Below the pieces are notes generated by a model, which saw only the letters and a list, made by a program, of their open reading frames with translations, was not told the DNA's origin and did not search any database. A DNA stretch of 64,000 nucleotides from an uncultured delta proteobacterium (GTDB lineage Bacteria; Myxococcota; Myxococcia; Myxococcales; Myxococcaceae). Positions within the stretch are counted from its first letter, which is position 1. Each line of letters begins with the position of its first letter. Shown here piece after piece: positions 9,149 to 18,965 of this stretch. The position numbers and the translations under genes are program-made. The stretch covers positions 256,001 through 320,000 of the forward strand of contig CAVQKE010000006.1 of NCBI GenBank assembly GCA_963713045.1. Direction: 5' to 3'.

Positions 9149-9407
9149 CGTTGCATGGAAGCAACAGGCCCACCCCGAGCTCTGTCCCCAACGCCCGATG
9201 GGCCAATTGGGGGTTACAGGCGCCGAGGATGGTGTAGCGGCGGAAGTCGACTCCAATTTTTTGTTTCAAAGTCTCTTTGACGTCGATGGTGGTGAGGACG
9301 CCGAAGCCCTCCGCCTTCAATGCCTCCGTCGTTCGGCGCACCGCCTCCTCGAAGCTGGTTCCGGCCAGAGTGCGGGTCGAACCGTAGGCCACCTCGTAGC
9401 TCTTCAT
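9003..9407 (-). CDS. DUF302 domain protein
   Basis: EGFGVLTTID, YTILGACNP, GLLLPCNV; AGGAGG RBS. Confidence 0.9.
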   Translation of the reverse strand: MKSYEVAYGSTRTLAGTSFEEAVRRTTEALKAEGFGVLTTIDVKETLKQKIGVDFRRYTILGACNPQLAHRALGTELGVGLLLPCNVTVFEADDGRMVVQAVKPGAMFEVVKRPELEPIVEEAAQRLTRALAAL

Positions 9408-9422
9408 TTTGCCCTCCTAGCG

Positions 9423-10691
9423 TCAGCCCGCACAGTACAGCTGGACCGTCAGCTGGGTATCCGTCTGTCGGCGCACGCAGGCACCCTGGAAGAGAATGCT
9501 GGGGAAGCCCCCGTCTGGGGCAGCCAGGTAGGAAATGCCGCCGTTGTCCACGGTGCAGAGCTGCTCGGAGCCGTCGGCCCTGACGATGGTGACGACCAGT
9601 AGGGTTGGGTCGGGGACGTTGGAATTCAAGGCCAGCGTCTGCGGCACGGCGGCGATGTCGGCCAGGGCCAATAGCTGGTCGTGGTAGCTGGGGGCGCAGA
9701 CGGAGTACAGGTTTTCCAAGTTGAGGTCGAAGAGCAACGCCATTTGCCGCAGGCGGGTCCCGGGCGCATTGCTTTCGGGGCAGTCCGCGTTGCACAGCGC
9801 AAAGCCTGCGTCCCCATCGCAAGGGACGGCCTCGGCACTTTTGTCGAGCAGCGAGACCGGCGCCAGGGAGCCCCACACCACTGCCCGGGTCCCGCTCTGG
9901 CCGTCGGGCAGGGTGGTAAGCAGCGTGAAGTAATCCCCCACCGGCGTCAGCAGGGCGGCCTGGTTGATGCAAAAATTCTCACCATCCGCGTCATCCTCGT
10001 GCACCAGCGGGGGCCGGCGCGTCTCGCTGCAGTCATCCTCGTCACTGACGGCGACCACCATCAACCGGGCGCCGTCACGCAAGAACCCGCGGTTGGCCGG
10101 CCCACCGTCTGGCAGGTCGAGTGGCGCGAGGGCATTCTGCAGGGCGATGCGGGTGGCTTCGAAGGGCGTCTCCTGTCCGCTTCCGTCGATGCCGACGGTC
10201 GCCATCGCCAGCGCGAAACGCGGCACCAACTCGGGGTTGGTGTCATCGAGGTAGCGCTCCGGCCCAACGCCGCCGTCAAGCAGGGGGATATTCAACAGCC
10301 AGCCTGCTTGTGGGTAGTAGTTGTAAAAAATGGTGTTGTAATATTGGTAAGCTTCGTAGACGGACGTCGTGGTCACCGCCACCCGGAAGTTGTTGGCGAC
10401 GCCTCCGGACTTCTGCAACTCCTCGACGAAGACGGGAATGTCCGTCGCGACGCGCTGCTGGATGGGGGCCATCGAGCCGCTGTTGTCCACGACGAAGAGG
10501 ATGTCCGTCTTCACCGGCTGAAGACTCGGCACTTGCTGCTGACATTGCGTCGGCACGCCGGTTCCAGGCTGGGAGGCCGGCGATTGGCACGCCGGCACCG
10601 CGAATGTCGCGGCGGCCAAAAGCGTTGCCCACAGCCCCCTCGGCCTGCGCCTGGTGGAGGCGAGGGTGAAAGTCTCTTGCTGAATGGGAAC
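9423..10691 (-). CDS. vWA-domain Cys-rich lipoprotein; start uncertain
   Basis: Lipobox-like VPAC, MIDAS DILFVVDNSGSM, SDEDDCS; AGGAGG at 10698-10703 but no canonical start codon nearby. Confidence 0.8.
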   Translation of the reverse strand, partial: VPIQQETFTLASTRRRPRGLWATLLAAATFAVPACQSPASQPGTGVPTQCQQQVPSLQPVKTDILFVVDNSGSMAPIQQRVATDIPVFVEELQKSGGVANNFRVAVTTTSVYEAYQYYNTIFYNYYPQAGWLLNIPLLDGGVGPERYLDDTNPELVPRFALAMATVGIDGSGQETPFEATRIALQNALAPLDLPDGGPANRGFLRDGARLMVVAVSDEDDCSETRRPPLVHEDDADGENFCINQAALLTPVGDYFTLLTTLPDGQSGTRAVVWGSLAPVSLLDKSAEAVPCDGDAGFALCNADCPESNAPGTRLRQMALLFDLNLENLYSVCAPSYHDQLLALADIAAVPQTLALNSNVPDPTLLVVTIVRADGSEQLCTVDNGGISYLAAPDGGFPSILFQGACVRRQTDTQLTVQLYCAG

Positions 10692-10857
10692 CCCAGGCCT
10701 CCTTTCGTCGAGTAGCTTTAGCGCAACTGCCCCGTGTGCCTCATCCCCGGTGCCGCTTGAGGCTGGGTGGCGGAGGACCCTGCGACCCTGGTTGTCAATG
10801 GTTATGGTGGGACAAGGCCTTGTGGAGCGACGCCGAAACCCAAGGAGGGAGACGCCC

Positions 10858-11343
10858 ATGTACGCAACGAAGAATGACTTGCCAGCCAAGAAGCGTGAAG
10901 CGCTGTCGGAGATGCTCAATCTGCATTTGGCCGTCTGCCTCGACGTGATGCTGCAGTCGAAGCAGGCGCACTGGAACGTCAAGGGGGCCAACTTCATCGC
11001 CCTCCACGAGCTGTTCGACAAGATCAACGAGGATTTTGAGGAGTACACCGACCTTTTGGCCGAGCGCATCGTCCAGCTGGGCGGCGTGGCGGAAGGGACG
11101 GCGACGGTGGTGGCCAAGCGAAGCATGTTGAAGGCCTACCCACTGCTGCTCGGTGACGGGTTGGAGCACGTGGACTACCTTTCCACCTCCGTCGCTGCCT
11201 TTGGGAAGGCGGTCCGCGAAGCCATTAAGACCAGCGGTGAGGAATTCGGCGACGCGGACACCGCGGACATTTACACTGAGATTTCGCGCGGCGCGGACAA
11301 GTGGCTCTGGATGCTGGAGGCGCACCTCAACACCCAGAAGTAG
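10858..11343 (+). CDS. dps: DNA starvation/stationary-phase protection protein Dps
   Basis: KQAHWNVKGANFIALHELFD, DLLAERIVQLGG; AAGGAGG RBS. Confidence 0.95.
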   Translation: MYATKNDLPAKKREALSEMLNLHLAVCLDVMLQSKQAHWNVKGANFIALHELFDKINEDFEEYTDLLAERIVQLGGVAEGTATVVAKRSMLKAYPLLLGDGLEHVDYLSTSVAAFGKAVREAIKTSGEEFGDADTADIYTEISRGADKWLWMLEAHLNTQK

Positions 11344-11368
11344 CCGTCCTCCAGCTGCTGGCGCCGAG

Positions 11369-11971
11369 TCAGACGTGACGCCAGTGGCCTGGCACCCATC
11401 TCCACCCGGCGGCCGTCGGCTTCCAGTGGCCTGCGACCCAGGCGTGTCCCGGCTTGGGGGCGGACCAGGTGCCGGGGACCCACTCATACCGGGTGCCAGT
11501 CCAGGCCCAGTAGCCTCCAATCCACACCGCCGTTGGGTAGGGCGGCGCCGGTTGCACTTCGACGCGGGCCGCTGGCGGAGCCACCTGGACGGCCACGTCG
11601 GCCGCTGGTTGCGGACTGTAGACAGCCACCGGTGCAGGCGCTGGGGCCGGAGCGACTGTCACCTCGGGGTGTCTCCAGTGCCCTTCGCGGAAGTACCAGG
11701 CACCACCGCGCCGCACCCACTCAGCGGGCACCCACAGGTAGCCGGGCCCGGGTGGCCGTGCCCAGTGGCCGCCCCTCCAGACATAGGCGCCGTGCTCCCA
11801 GCGCCAGTGCCCGGCAATCCACACCGCCCCTGGGTAGGGCGCCGCTGACTGCACTTCCACGCGGGCTGCGGGCGGCGGTGTCCCAACGTCGATGCGGACT
11901 TCGGCCTGGGCGAGGACAACCGCGGGCAAAATCCAAAAAGCCGCGACGGCGCACAGCATTCGACATTTCAT
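11369..11971 (-). CDS. Secreted YXWGXW-repeat protein
   Basis: Signal peptide; repeated VWxxGHW/YxWxxGHW units in two duplicated halves. Confidence 0.85.
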   Translation of the reverse strand: MKCRMLCAVAAFWILPAVVLAQAEVRIDVGTPPPAARVEVQSAAPYPGAVWIAGHWRWEHGAYVWRGGHWARPPGPGYLWVPAEWVRRGGAWYFREGHWRHPEVTVAPAPAPAPVAVYSPQPAADVAVQVAPPAARVEVQPAPPYPTAVWIGGYWAWTGTRYEWVPGTWSAPKPGHAWVAGHWKPTAAGWRWVPGHWRHV

Positions 11972-12197
11972 TTTCTGTCTCCCTGTGCGCTTGAGACGGG
12001 CGACACGTCGGAGCCATTCAAAGCCGCACCAACACTGCGCACGCCGCGTGGTTGCGGCAACACCCGGAGGGGCCCGATGCATTGTCGGGGTAAAGCTTCA
12101 GCGTCATTTCCCCGGAAGCGGAGGGTCTTCTTTTGGCGCGGCCCATTCGGCGCAGATGCGCCGCGGCCAGTGGCCGCCGGTGAGCCAGGCTTGCGAC

Positions 12198-12731
12198 TCA
12201 GTCGCCGGCCAGCTCGCCGTCGAGAAGGTGCGCGGCCTCTGTCGCCGACGCCACCACCCGCGCCTCATACAGTCCTTCGGCAGCGCGAGCGACGCTGGTG
12301 GCGGCGCCCTGAGCGGAGCCGACGACGCGCACCATTCTGCGCATGCCGGCCTCGACGTACGCCGTGGCAGCACGCCGCAACAGGGGGAAGGCGGCCGGGG
12401 TGACGGTGCCCAGCCGAGAAACGTCTGTGATGACGTCGAAGCCGGGACGCAACGTGGCCAGTGCCGCGCGGAGGTCTGTCAGCAGCGCCTCGGCCTGGGC
12501 GAAGTCGAGAAAGCCCCGCATCGTGACGGACAGCCGCTGCTTCTCCACCGAGACGTCCACCCCATAGGTGGGCGCTGGGCGGGTGGGCGTCCGCGTGCCT
12601 CGCGCCTGCCGGGCCTTTGGCGGCGCGGCCAGTCGCTCCTCGTACCCCGCGCGCAACGCATCCGCCCTCAACAGCAGCGCCCGCAGCTGGTCCAGTTGTG
12701 CGTCGCTCGTCTGCCTTCGCCGCTGTCCCAC
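12198..12731 (-). CDS. Hypothetical protein, STAS/SEC14-like alpha/beta domain
   Basis: LSVTMRGF...FDVITDVS...GMRRMVRVVG...EAAHLL pattern. Confidence 0.55.
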   Translation of the reverse strand: MGQRRRQTSDAQLDQLRALLLRADALRAGYEERLAAPPKARQARGTRTPTRPAPTYGVDVSVEKQRLSVTMRGFLDFAQAEALLTDLRAALATLRPGFDVITDVSRLGTVTPAAFPLLRRAATAYVEAGMRRMVRVVGSAQGAATSVARAAEGLYEARVVASATEAAHLLDGELAGD

Positions 12732-12893
12732 GTGCCGACCCCCCGGGAGGAAAGTCTTCTACCTCCTGACACCGGCCAACCGCAGCGATGCGTCTCATTA
12801 TTTCGTTTTCTTACAGATAGGGATTCTGAGTGACATTAGCCAGGACTCGGCGTGTGTCTTCGGCGGTCACAGCGCTTCAGTTGGCGAAGTCCC

Positions 12894-13931
12894 TCAGTGC
12901 CGATGGTGGTGGTGCGCATCCGGCAGGTGGGGATGGTCGTGCGTCAGCGGGGAGTGCTGGTGCGGATGGCTGTGGGGCTCGCTGACCGACCCGCCATGGC
13001 TGTGTTGGTGGTGCACGTCGTGGACGTGTCGGTGCTCATGCGCCACAGCTTCGTGGCTGTGGAGGTGCCGGTGGCGCTCCGAGAGGAGAAGCCAGACGCC
13101 GACTGCCATCAGCCCGCCTGCCCACAGCGTCCCCGGCGAGAGGCGCTCTCCCAGCAGCACCACTGCGCCGAGGGCACCCAAGAAAGGCGCGGTGGCGAAG
13201 TACGCCGCCTCACGAGCCGCTCCCAGCAGCCGAAGCGCATAGGCGTCCAAAAGAATGCTGGTGCCGTAGCTGGCGGCACCCAGCAGGAGGGCCAACAGCG
13301 CGGTGCGCAGCGAAGGCAGCGGCTGACCGACAAGGCGCGCCAGGGCGAGTGTGCAGATGCCCGCGCCCAGCGTCTTGGTACGCACCAATGCCAAAGGGTC
13401 GCGCAGCGAGAGGCTGCGGGTGAGGTTGTTGTCGAGTCCCCAGGCCAGACAGGCCCCAGTCACACAGAGAGCTGCGGCGACAGGCACCTTCACCGGGCCG
13501 CTCGGCAGGGCCAACACCAGCGCCCCGGCAACCACCGCCAGCAGGGAAGCCACCCCGCGCCAGCCGACGTGCTCGCCGAAGACGACCGCCGCCAGCCCCA
13601 GGGTGAATGGACCTTCGAGGTTGAGGAGGAGCGACACCGCCGAGGCGCTGGCCTGCTGGAGCGCCACCAGCATCAGCACCGGGCCAATGACTCCGCCAGC
13701 GAGAATGAGGAGCCCGACGAGGGGCAGGTCCCTTCGAAGCAGCGGCGCCTCGGTGGTCCGCCGGCGCAACACCATGGCACCGCTGAGCGCCAACCCGCCG
13801 CCCAGGTACAGCAGCCCAGCCAGAGTCAGTGGCGCGGTTTGGTCGAGCAGCGGCTTGGCCAGCGGAGCGCTGAGTCCGAAGAGCGCCGCAGCCGCCAAGC
13901 CGCACAGAGCTCCTCGGGTGGACGGGGACAA
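12894..13931 (-). CDS. DMT/EamA family transporter with His-rich C-terminal tail
   Basis: About 10 TM helices, SLLLNLE, WGLDNNLTR; 24 His in the last 59 aa; TTG start inferred. Confidence 0.88.
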   Translation of the reverse strand: MSPSTRGALCGLAAAALFGLSAPLAKPLLDQTAPLTLAGLLYLGGGLALSGAMVLRRRTTEAPLLRRDLPLVGLLILAGGVIGPVLMLVALQQASASAVSLLLNLEGPFTLGLAAVVFGEHVGWRGVASLLAVVAGALVLALPSGPVKVPVAAALCVTGACLAWGLDNNLTRSLSLRDPLALVRTKTLGAGICTLALARLVGQPLPSLRTALLALLLGAASYGTSILLDAYALRLLGAAREAAYFATAPFLGALGAVVLLGERLSPGTLWAGGLMAVGVWLLLSERHRHLHSHEAVAHEHRHVHDVHHQHSHGGSVSEPHSHPHQHSPLTHDHPHLPDAHHHHRH

Positions 13932-13950
13932 GGGAAGTGGTGGACCCGCG

Positions 13951-14448
13951 CTACTTCTTCTTCTTTTTCGCCGGCGCCTTTGCCACTTGGAATTGCTTCG
14001 TTCCAGAGGGCTTGTCGTCGACGAAAAGCTGAACGGTGTACAGGCCGACCGGCAGGCCAGAGGCCTTCTTGATGTGGAATTCAGTGGCCTTGGGCCCAAG
14101 CGAGGCGATGGTTTGGGTGCTTTCGTTCACCAGAATGGCCTTCGGGCCATAGGTCCACCTCGCCCGGAGAGCCACCGACGGCGCAGTTCCGTCGGTGACG
14201 ACCGAGAAGTGGATGGTGTCCTTGGGGCCAAAGGTGTCCGTGGGGGCCGTGACTTTGTTGTCAATGCCGACGGCCTTCCCCAGTTCCATCTCCGTCACCT
14301 GGAAGGGTGGCGGAGGGGGTGGGGGAGGCGGGGCTTGTACCACCGGTGGCGGGGGCGGAGGAGGCGGGGGAGCCGGTTTACTGCAGCCGGACAGTGCGGC
14401 GACGGTGGCGAGCAGGCCGAGCGCAACGGCTCCGCGAAAGCGTGACAT
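13951..14448 (-). CDS. Pro-rich lipoprotein
   Basis: Lipobox LSGC, poly-Pro linker, Ig-like beta domain, Lys-rich tail. Confidence 0.8.
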   Translation of the reverse strand: MSRFRGAVALGLLATVAALSGCSKPAPPPPPPPPPVVQAPPPPPPPPPFQVTEMELGKAVGIDNKVTAPTDTFGPKDTIHFSVVTDGTAPSVALRARWTYGPKAILVNESTQTIASLGPKATEFHIKKASGLPVGLYTVQLFVDDKPSGTKQFQVAKAPAKKKKK

Positions 14449-14497
14449 GGGGGCCTCGTGTGGGGTGGAGAGACAGCGACAGGGAAACGAAGGCGAA

Positions 14498-14740
14498 TTA
14501 GCTGACCGGGATTTTCAACACCTGCCCTGGGTAGATGAGGTCCGGGTTTTTGATGGTGTCTTTGTTGGCCGCGTAGATGAGGCGCCACTTCTGGGCGTCG
14601 CCCATCAACGCCTTGGCGATTTTCGAGAGGCTGTCACCCTTCATCACGGTGTAGGTGCGCTCCTGCTTCGGGTCGAGCGACACCGAGGAGGAGCCAGCCT
14701 GGACGTCTGAGAAATCCGGGTCGTCGTCGGGGGAACCCAT
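14498..14740 (-). CDS. Small LysM peptidoglycan-binding protein
   Basis: YTVMKGDSLSKIAK...NPDLIYPGQVLKIP; GGAGG RBS. Confidence 0.9.
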   Translation of the reverse strand: MGSPDDDPDFSDVQAGSSSVSLDPKQERTYTVMKGDSLSKIAKALMGDAQKWRLIYAANKDTIKNPDLIYPGQVLKIPVS

Positions 14741-14795
14741 TGCTTCCTCCAGAGGGGCTGACGCCTGCGAAGTCTGGACACCGGCCGCACGGTCG

Positions 14796-15515
14796 TCAAC
14801 CCTGCGCGGCAGAGGGCAGGCGTGCCTCCGGAGCGGCCAGCAAGGCGGCGACCCGTCGGCCGACCGCCCCGGCCGAGGCGGGGTTTTGCCCGGTGACGAG
14901 GCGCGCGTCCTCCTCGAGATGGGGTGCGAAGGGGAAAAATGCGCGGTGGTAGCGCCCGCCGGCTTGCTTCAGCCGGTCTTCGAGGAGAAACGGGACGACG
15001 CGGGTCAGGCCGATGAGTCGCTCCTCCAGGTTGGCGAAGCCGGTGACACGGCGTCCCTGCACCAGCGGCTTGCCTTGGGCGTCCCGGACGCCGAAGAGTC
15101 CCGCCGAGCCGTGGCATACCGCCGAGACGATGCCGCCGCGCTGGTACAGCGCGCTGGCGATGGCGGACAGGTGCGGGTTGTCCGGGAAGTCCCACATGGC
15201 CCCGTGGCCGCCGGCGAAATAGACGGCCTGGTAGCGCGCCTCGTCCACCGCCGAAGCCGGAAGCGACTCTTCCAGTTTTTTGCGCAGACCTTCTTGTGCC
15301 AGGAAGGCCTCGTTCAGTCGGTCCGGCGGCGAGCGGCTTTTTTCATCCATCGGCGGCAGGCCGCCCTTCGGGCTGGCAATGTCGACAGCCAAGCCCCGTT
15401 GGGCCAGGGCGTGGTGGAAGTGCGTCACCTCGCCCAGCCAGTAGCCCGTCTTTCTCTCAGTTGAGCCAAGTGCCTCGTGACTTGTCACGAAGATGAGGAC
15501 GGAGGGAGTTGGCAT
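14796..15515 (-). CDS. DJ-1/PfpI family (type 1 glutamine amidotransferase-like) protein
   Basis: TGYWLGE, AGGHGAMWDF, AVCHG, VTGQNPAS. Confidence 0.9.
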   Translation of the reverse strand: MPTPSVLIFVTSHEALGSTERKTGYWLGEVTHFHHALAQRGLAVDIASPKGGLPPMDEKSRSPPDRLNEAFLAQEGLRKKLEESLPASAVDEARYQAVYFAGGHGAMWDFPDNPHLSAIASALYQRGGIVSAVCHGSAGLFGVRDAQGKPLVQGRRVTGFANLEERLIGLTRVVPFLLEDRLKQAGGRYHRAFFPFAPHLEEDARLVTGQNPASAGAVGRRVAALLAAPEARLPSAAQG

Positions 15516-15668
15516 GGGGGCCTCGCCCGCGCGCGGGGGCTGAAGCGTACCGCTCCTTGTACCGGCGGCTCCCGGCAAAGTTGCGGCCGCGCGAAGGAGA
15601 TGGGGGCCCGCAAACCCCCGAAGGCCCTCCCCTCCTTCAGGCAGAGGGGAGTTGGCCAGCCGTCTTCG

Positions 15669-18600
15669 TCAGGGGGAGAACGTCTGCGTCCGCACCGTGG
15701 CGGCACTGATGGCGGTAGCGCCCCAGGGAAAGTCAAAGTACTGGTTGACGGCGTACTGCCCGAGGAGCCCCGGGCTGCCAGGGTAGAACGGGCCATCCAC
15801 AATGGGTCCGGGGAGCTGCTCCTTGGTGGCCGAGCCGTCTGCAACAGCAATCCACCGCACGTTGGAGCCGCCGCCCTGGTAGTTGAAGCTCAGCACGTTG
15901 TCCGACCGGAAGGGGGGACTGCCGACGTCGACCGTGAAGGCACCGCCCGGACGGGCGAAGGGCCCGGGGTTGTAAAGCGCGCTGGTGAGGCCGACGGCGG
16001 AGCCGTAACTCAATGGCGTCATGCTGTGCACCCGCCCCCAAATCCAGTTGCTCTGCGCGCCGAAGGTTTGGCTGACTTGGTCATAAGCCGCCGCCATGTC
16101 CGCCTGCGCTTGGGCTGCGCAATTGTTGTTCGCGCAGAAGGTTTGTTCTGGCGCGGGCAGGCCAGGCGTCAACATGAAGAGCGCGGCCTTAATGGCCTTG
16201 GTCGGGTCATCGCCGACGCTAAGGCCTGCCGCCGCCAGCGACGCGGTGAAGACATCTCCCAGGTAGCGGTTGAGGAAGGCGTGGAACAACAGGCAAGCGG
16301 CAGAGTCCTGTGCGTTGGTGCCGCTCGTGTCGGGCAGACTCGCCACTGGGTCCGTCCCCGTCAGTCCGGTTGGGCAGTTGAGGCCGTCGGTTTGCCAGGT
16401 GCCCATGAGAGTCATCGCCGCAGCGTAGGAGCCGGTTGCGCCGGAAGGAGCCGGCAGCAGGGGAAGGAAGGCTGCGGCGATGGTGGCCACGTGGTCGGTT
16501 TGGATGGCCTCCATGTCCGTGAGGGACACCGTGCCGCCGTCCGTGTAGGACGCCAACAGCGAGTCAATGCGGCCGGCCCGGAAGGCAGTCGGGTCGTCCC
16601 AAGCGAAGCTGAGGTACGGCACCGTCGGGGGAGCGCTGTCCGACATATAGAGCGACTGAGGCGCGGGGACGCTGGGGTCCGGGTTGCAGGCTTGAGCCCA
16701 GGGGGCGGCGTTGGCGGTGGCGAAGTAGCCCTTGGTCGGATTCTGCCCCTGGGGAAGTTGTGCGTCCGGCACCCAGGCGGGTGGACCCCCGGGCACTGGT
16801 CCCCACTCCGCGACCCCGACGCCGGGCAGCGCGGCCCAAGGCAACAACGTGAAAACTCCAGCCGGCCCGAGATTCGCCACGTTGCCCGCCCAGGGCCGCT
16901 GCGGAACGAAGGCATGTGGGTCATAGCCGATGTTTCCGCTGTCGTCGGCGATGACGAAATTCTGCGCCCCGGTGTCGTAGCTGGCCAGGGCCGTAAACGC
17001 GTCCGCGACGTTGGCTGCGGTCAGCAGCCCGAAGAAGCCCTTGAAGGGGTTGCACGTTTGGTTGCTCATCGGCCCGCAGCGGTTGACTTCGAGCCCCGAC
17101 CATCGCCGGCTGATAAAGGAAGTCGGCGACAGCTGCTGGATGAAGGAGCCGTGAACCGGCGAGAACGAAATATTGATGGGCATATTCATCGTGTCGTTGG
17201 AGGTCCCGACACTTCCAACGCGCACGGTGACGTTCTGCTGCACCGTGAGAACCGGTAGGGTTCCGGTCGCTCCCCCAAACACAATCTCCCCATTCGACGG
17301 GTCGATGGTTTCGACGTAGAGGTCGGTCACGTCATAGCCCACCACCGTCACTCCCCAGGCGATGTGTGCGCTGCGGCCAATTTCAATTCCTGGAATCCCA
17401 GGGAAGGCGGCGCCCACCACTTCCAAGCCGTCTCCGGAGGTGAGCGAGACGAGGTGGAACAGCGGCGGGTATTGCAACGGCAGGTGCGGGTCATTGGCGA
17501 CCATCGCCGCGCCGCTCGAAGAGGAAGTTCCCTTGACCACCCAGTTGTTGGAGCCGGCGCGCTCCAAGCCGGTGCTGAGTTTCTGCTTCAAAGCCTTGAG
17601 GTTGGCCGAAAGCTGCCGCAGTCCCTGGAGGCCTCCCTTGAGTGCCGGCACCGAGAGACTGCTTTTGGGGGCAGAGGCTTTGGAGGCGGCCACCGGCCCG
17701 CTTCCGGCCACGGCCGAGGAGATGGTGTACGCGTTTGGAACGGGCTGCTGGCAGCGCAGCCAAGCATTGACTTTGGCCAGGTCCTGAGTCGGCCCGGGGA
17801 GGGCATAGGTTTCGAGGAAGAGGGTGTTGTCGACCTCGGCAACCGTGTCGTCGGAGAGGTCCCATTGAAACCAGCGCGCGATGGCCATCGTGTCCTGCGG
17901 GACCCACGTCTCCACCACGGTGGGTCCAAGCGCGAAGGGCAGGGGGAGGAGTCCATACTCGGCGGGGAAAGGGGCGCTTGGGTCCCCGGCCTGCATCGCG
18001 GAAATGTACGCATTCACACCATTGGTATAGGCCTGGATGATGGCGACCTCGCTGGCCGCGTCCGGGTCCGCGCTCATCTGCGCCCAGAGGGCCTCACCGA
18101 TTGGCTGGCCGGGGGGGTTGCTGAAGGGCGTGGAGAACAGCGTCCGCAATTGAATGTCATCTGAAAGCGCCTCCTCCCCGAGCAGCGCCGACAGCGTTCC
18201 CTCCGCCTGACGCCGCAAAAAGTCCATTTCGAAAAGTCGGTCGTGCGCGTGCAGGTAGCCCTGGACGGCGAAGCAGTCGACCTGCGTCTGGCAGTTGATG
18301 TTGGGGATGTCCCGCGCGTCGTAGGTGACAGTGACGGGTGCGGTGAGGCTGGGAATGGTTTGCGAGGTGACGACAGTGGGTGCGAGGTTGATGGTGGCCG
18401 TGGCCCTGGCGCTGCTGCCGCTGACCAGCGCCGTCAAGGTGACGGCGCTGGCTGTGCCGATGGATGCCGGCGGCGTGTAGAGGACACTGCGGCCACTGCT
18501 GGGCGAGATGGTGCCCGCGCCCGTCGCTGGGGTCAGGGACCACGTCACGTTGTTGGCGGTGTTGTAGGTGCGGGCGGTGAAGCCCGTCGGGGCCCCGCCG

Positions 18601-18734
18601 GGCGTCGCGGATATTGGCCCGGCCGGGGTGATGACGACAGCGACAGTTCCACCGCTACTGGTGGAACTGCTGCAGCCGGCGGCCAACGCGGCAAGCGCAG
18701 CGGACAGCAAGGCCAGTGGAAGACGAGCGCGCAT
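15669..18734 (-). CDS. Penicillin acylase family (Ntn-hydrolase) lipoprotein with N-terminal Ig-like domain
   Basis: Lipobox AAGC, GYLHAHDRLFEMD, GSNNWVV (nucleophile Ser), ANDPHL. Confidence 0.9.
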   Translation of the reverse strand: MRARLPLALLSAALAALAAGCSSSTSSGGTVAVVITPAGPISATPGGAPTGFTARTYNTANNVTWSLTPATGAGTISPSSGRSVLYTPPASIGTASAVTLTALVSGSSARATATINLAPTVVTSQTIPSLTAPVTVTYDARDIPNINCQTQVDCFAVQGYLHAHDRLFEMDFLRRQAEGTLSALLGEEALSDDIQLRTLFSTPFSNPPGQPIGEALWAQMSADPDAASEVAIIQAYTNGVNAYISAMQAGDPSAPFPAEYGLLPLPFALGPTVVETWVPQDTMAIARWFQWDLSDDTVAEVDNTLFLETYALPGPTQDLAKVNAWLRCQQPVPNAYTISSAVAGSGPVAASKASAPKSSLSVPALKGGLQGLRQLSANLKALKQKLSTGLERAGSNNWVVKGTSSSSGAAMVANDPHLPLQYPPLFHLVSLTSGDGLEVVGAAFPGIPGIEIGRSAHIAWGVTVVGYDVTDLYVETIDPSNGEIVFGGATGTLPVLTVQQNVTVRVGSVGTSNDTMNMPINISFSPVHGSFIQQLSPTSFISRRWSGLEVNRCGPMSNQTCNPFKGFFGLLTAANVADAFTALASYDTGAQNFVIADDSGNIGYDPHAFVPQRPWAGNVANLGPAGVFTLLPWAALPGVGVAEWGPVPGGPPAWVPDAQLPQGQNPTKGYFATANAAPWAQACNPDPSVPAPQSLYMSDSAPPTVPYLSFAWDDPTAFRAGRIDSLLASYTDGGTVSLTDMEAIQTDHVATIAAAFLPLLPAPSGATGSYAAAMTLMGTWQTDGLNCPTGLTGTDPVASLPDTSGTNAQDSAACLLFHAFLNRYLGDVFTASLAAAGLSVGDDPTKAIKAALFMLTPGLPAPEQTFCANNNCAAQAQADMAAAYDQVSQTFGAQSNWIWGRVHSMTPLSYGSAVGLTSALYNPGPFARPGGAFTVDVGSPPFRSDNVLSFNYQGGGSNVRWIAVADGSATKEQLPGPIVDGPFYPGSPGLLGQYAVNQYFDFPWGATAISAATVRTQTFSP

Positions 18735-18782
18735 GCGGGCACCCCAGGAAGGCGAAAGGAAAGAAAGCGCATCGCTCGCGCG

Positions 18783-18802
18783 TGTTGACCGGCAAGTCAA
18801 CA
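18783..18802. promoter_or_regulatory. Operator-like inverted repeat TGTTGAC-N6-GTCAACA
   Basis: Perfect 7-bp arms, about 50 bp upstream of the acylase ATG. Confidence 0.5.
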
Positions 18803-18965
18803 ACAGAACGACGACGCGCCGCGGTAAGTCACAAGGACAGCGTCCACTTCGCTGCGAAGTCGCGTTTGGGCGCGAAGGCCGCTGCCCACCGCGACGTTCC
18901 GCGGGGTTACCAGCGGCGGTGCCCACTCGTCAGTAGGACGACCGACCGGGCCCGGGGGGGGCACC

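Noticed and set aside
9423..11126. vWA ORF extended across dps
   Set aside because: The extension is the antisense of dps; the lipoprotein signal begins near 10650-10690.
15477..17258. Long antisense ORFs (also 55402-57036 5' part, 56256-57794, 59248-60834, 47707-49047)
   Set aside because: Shadow frames of well-supported genes in high-GC DNA, with no motifs.
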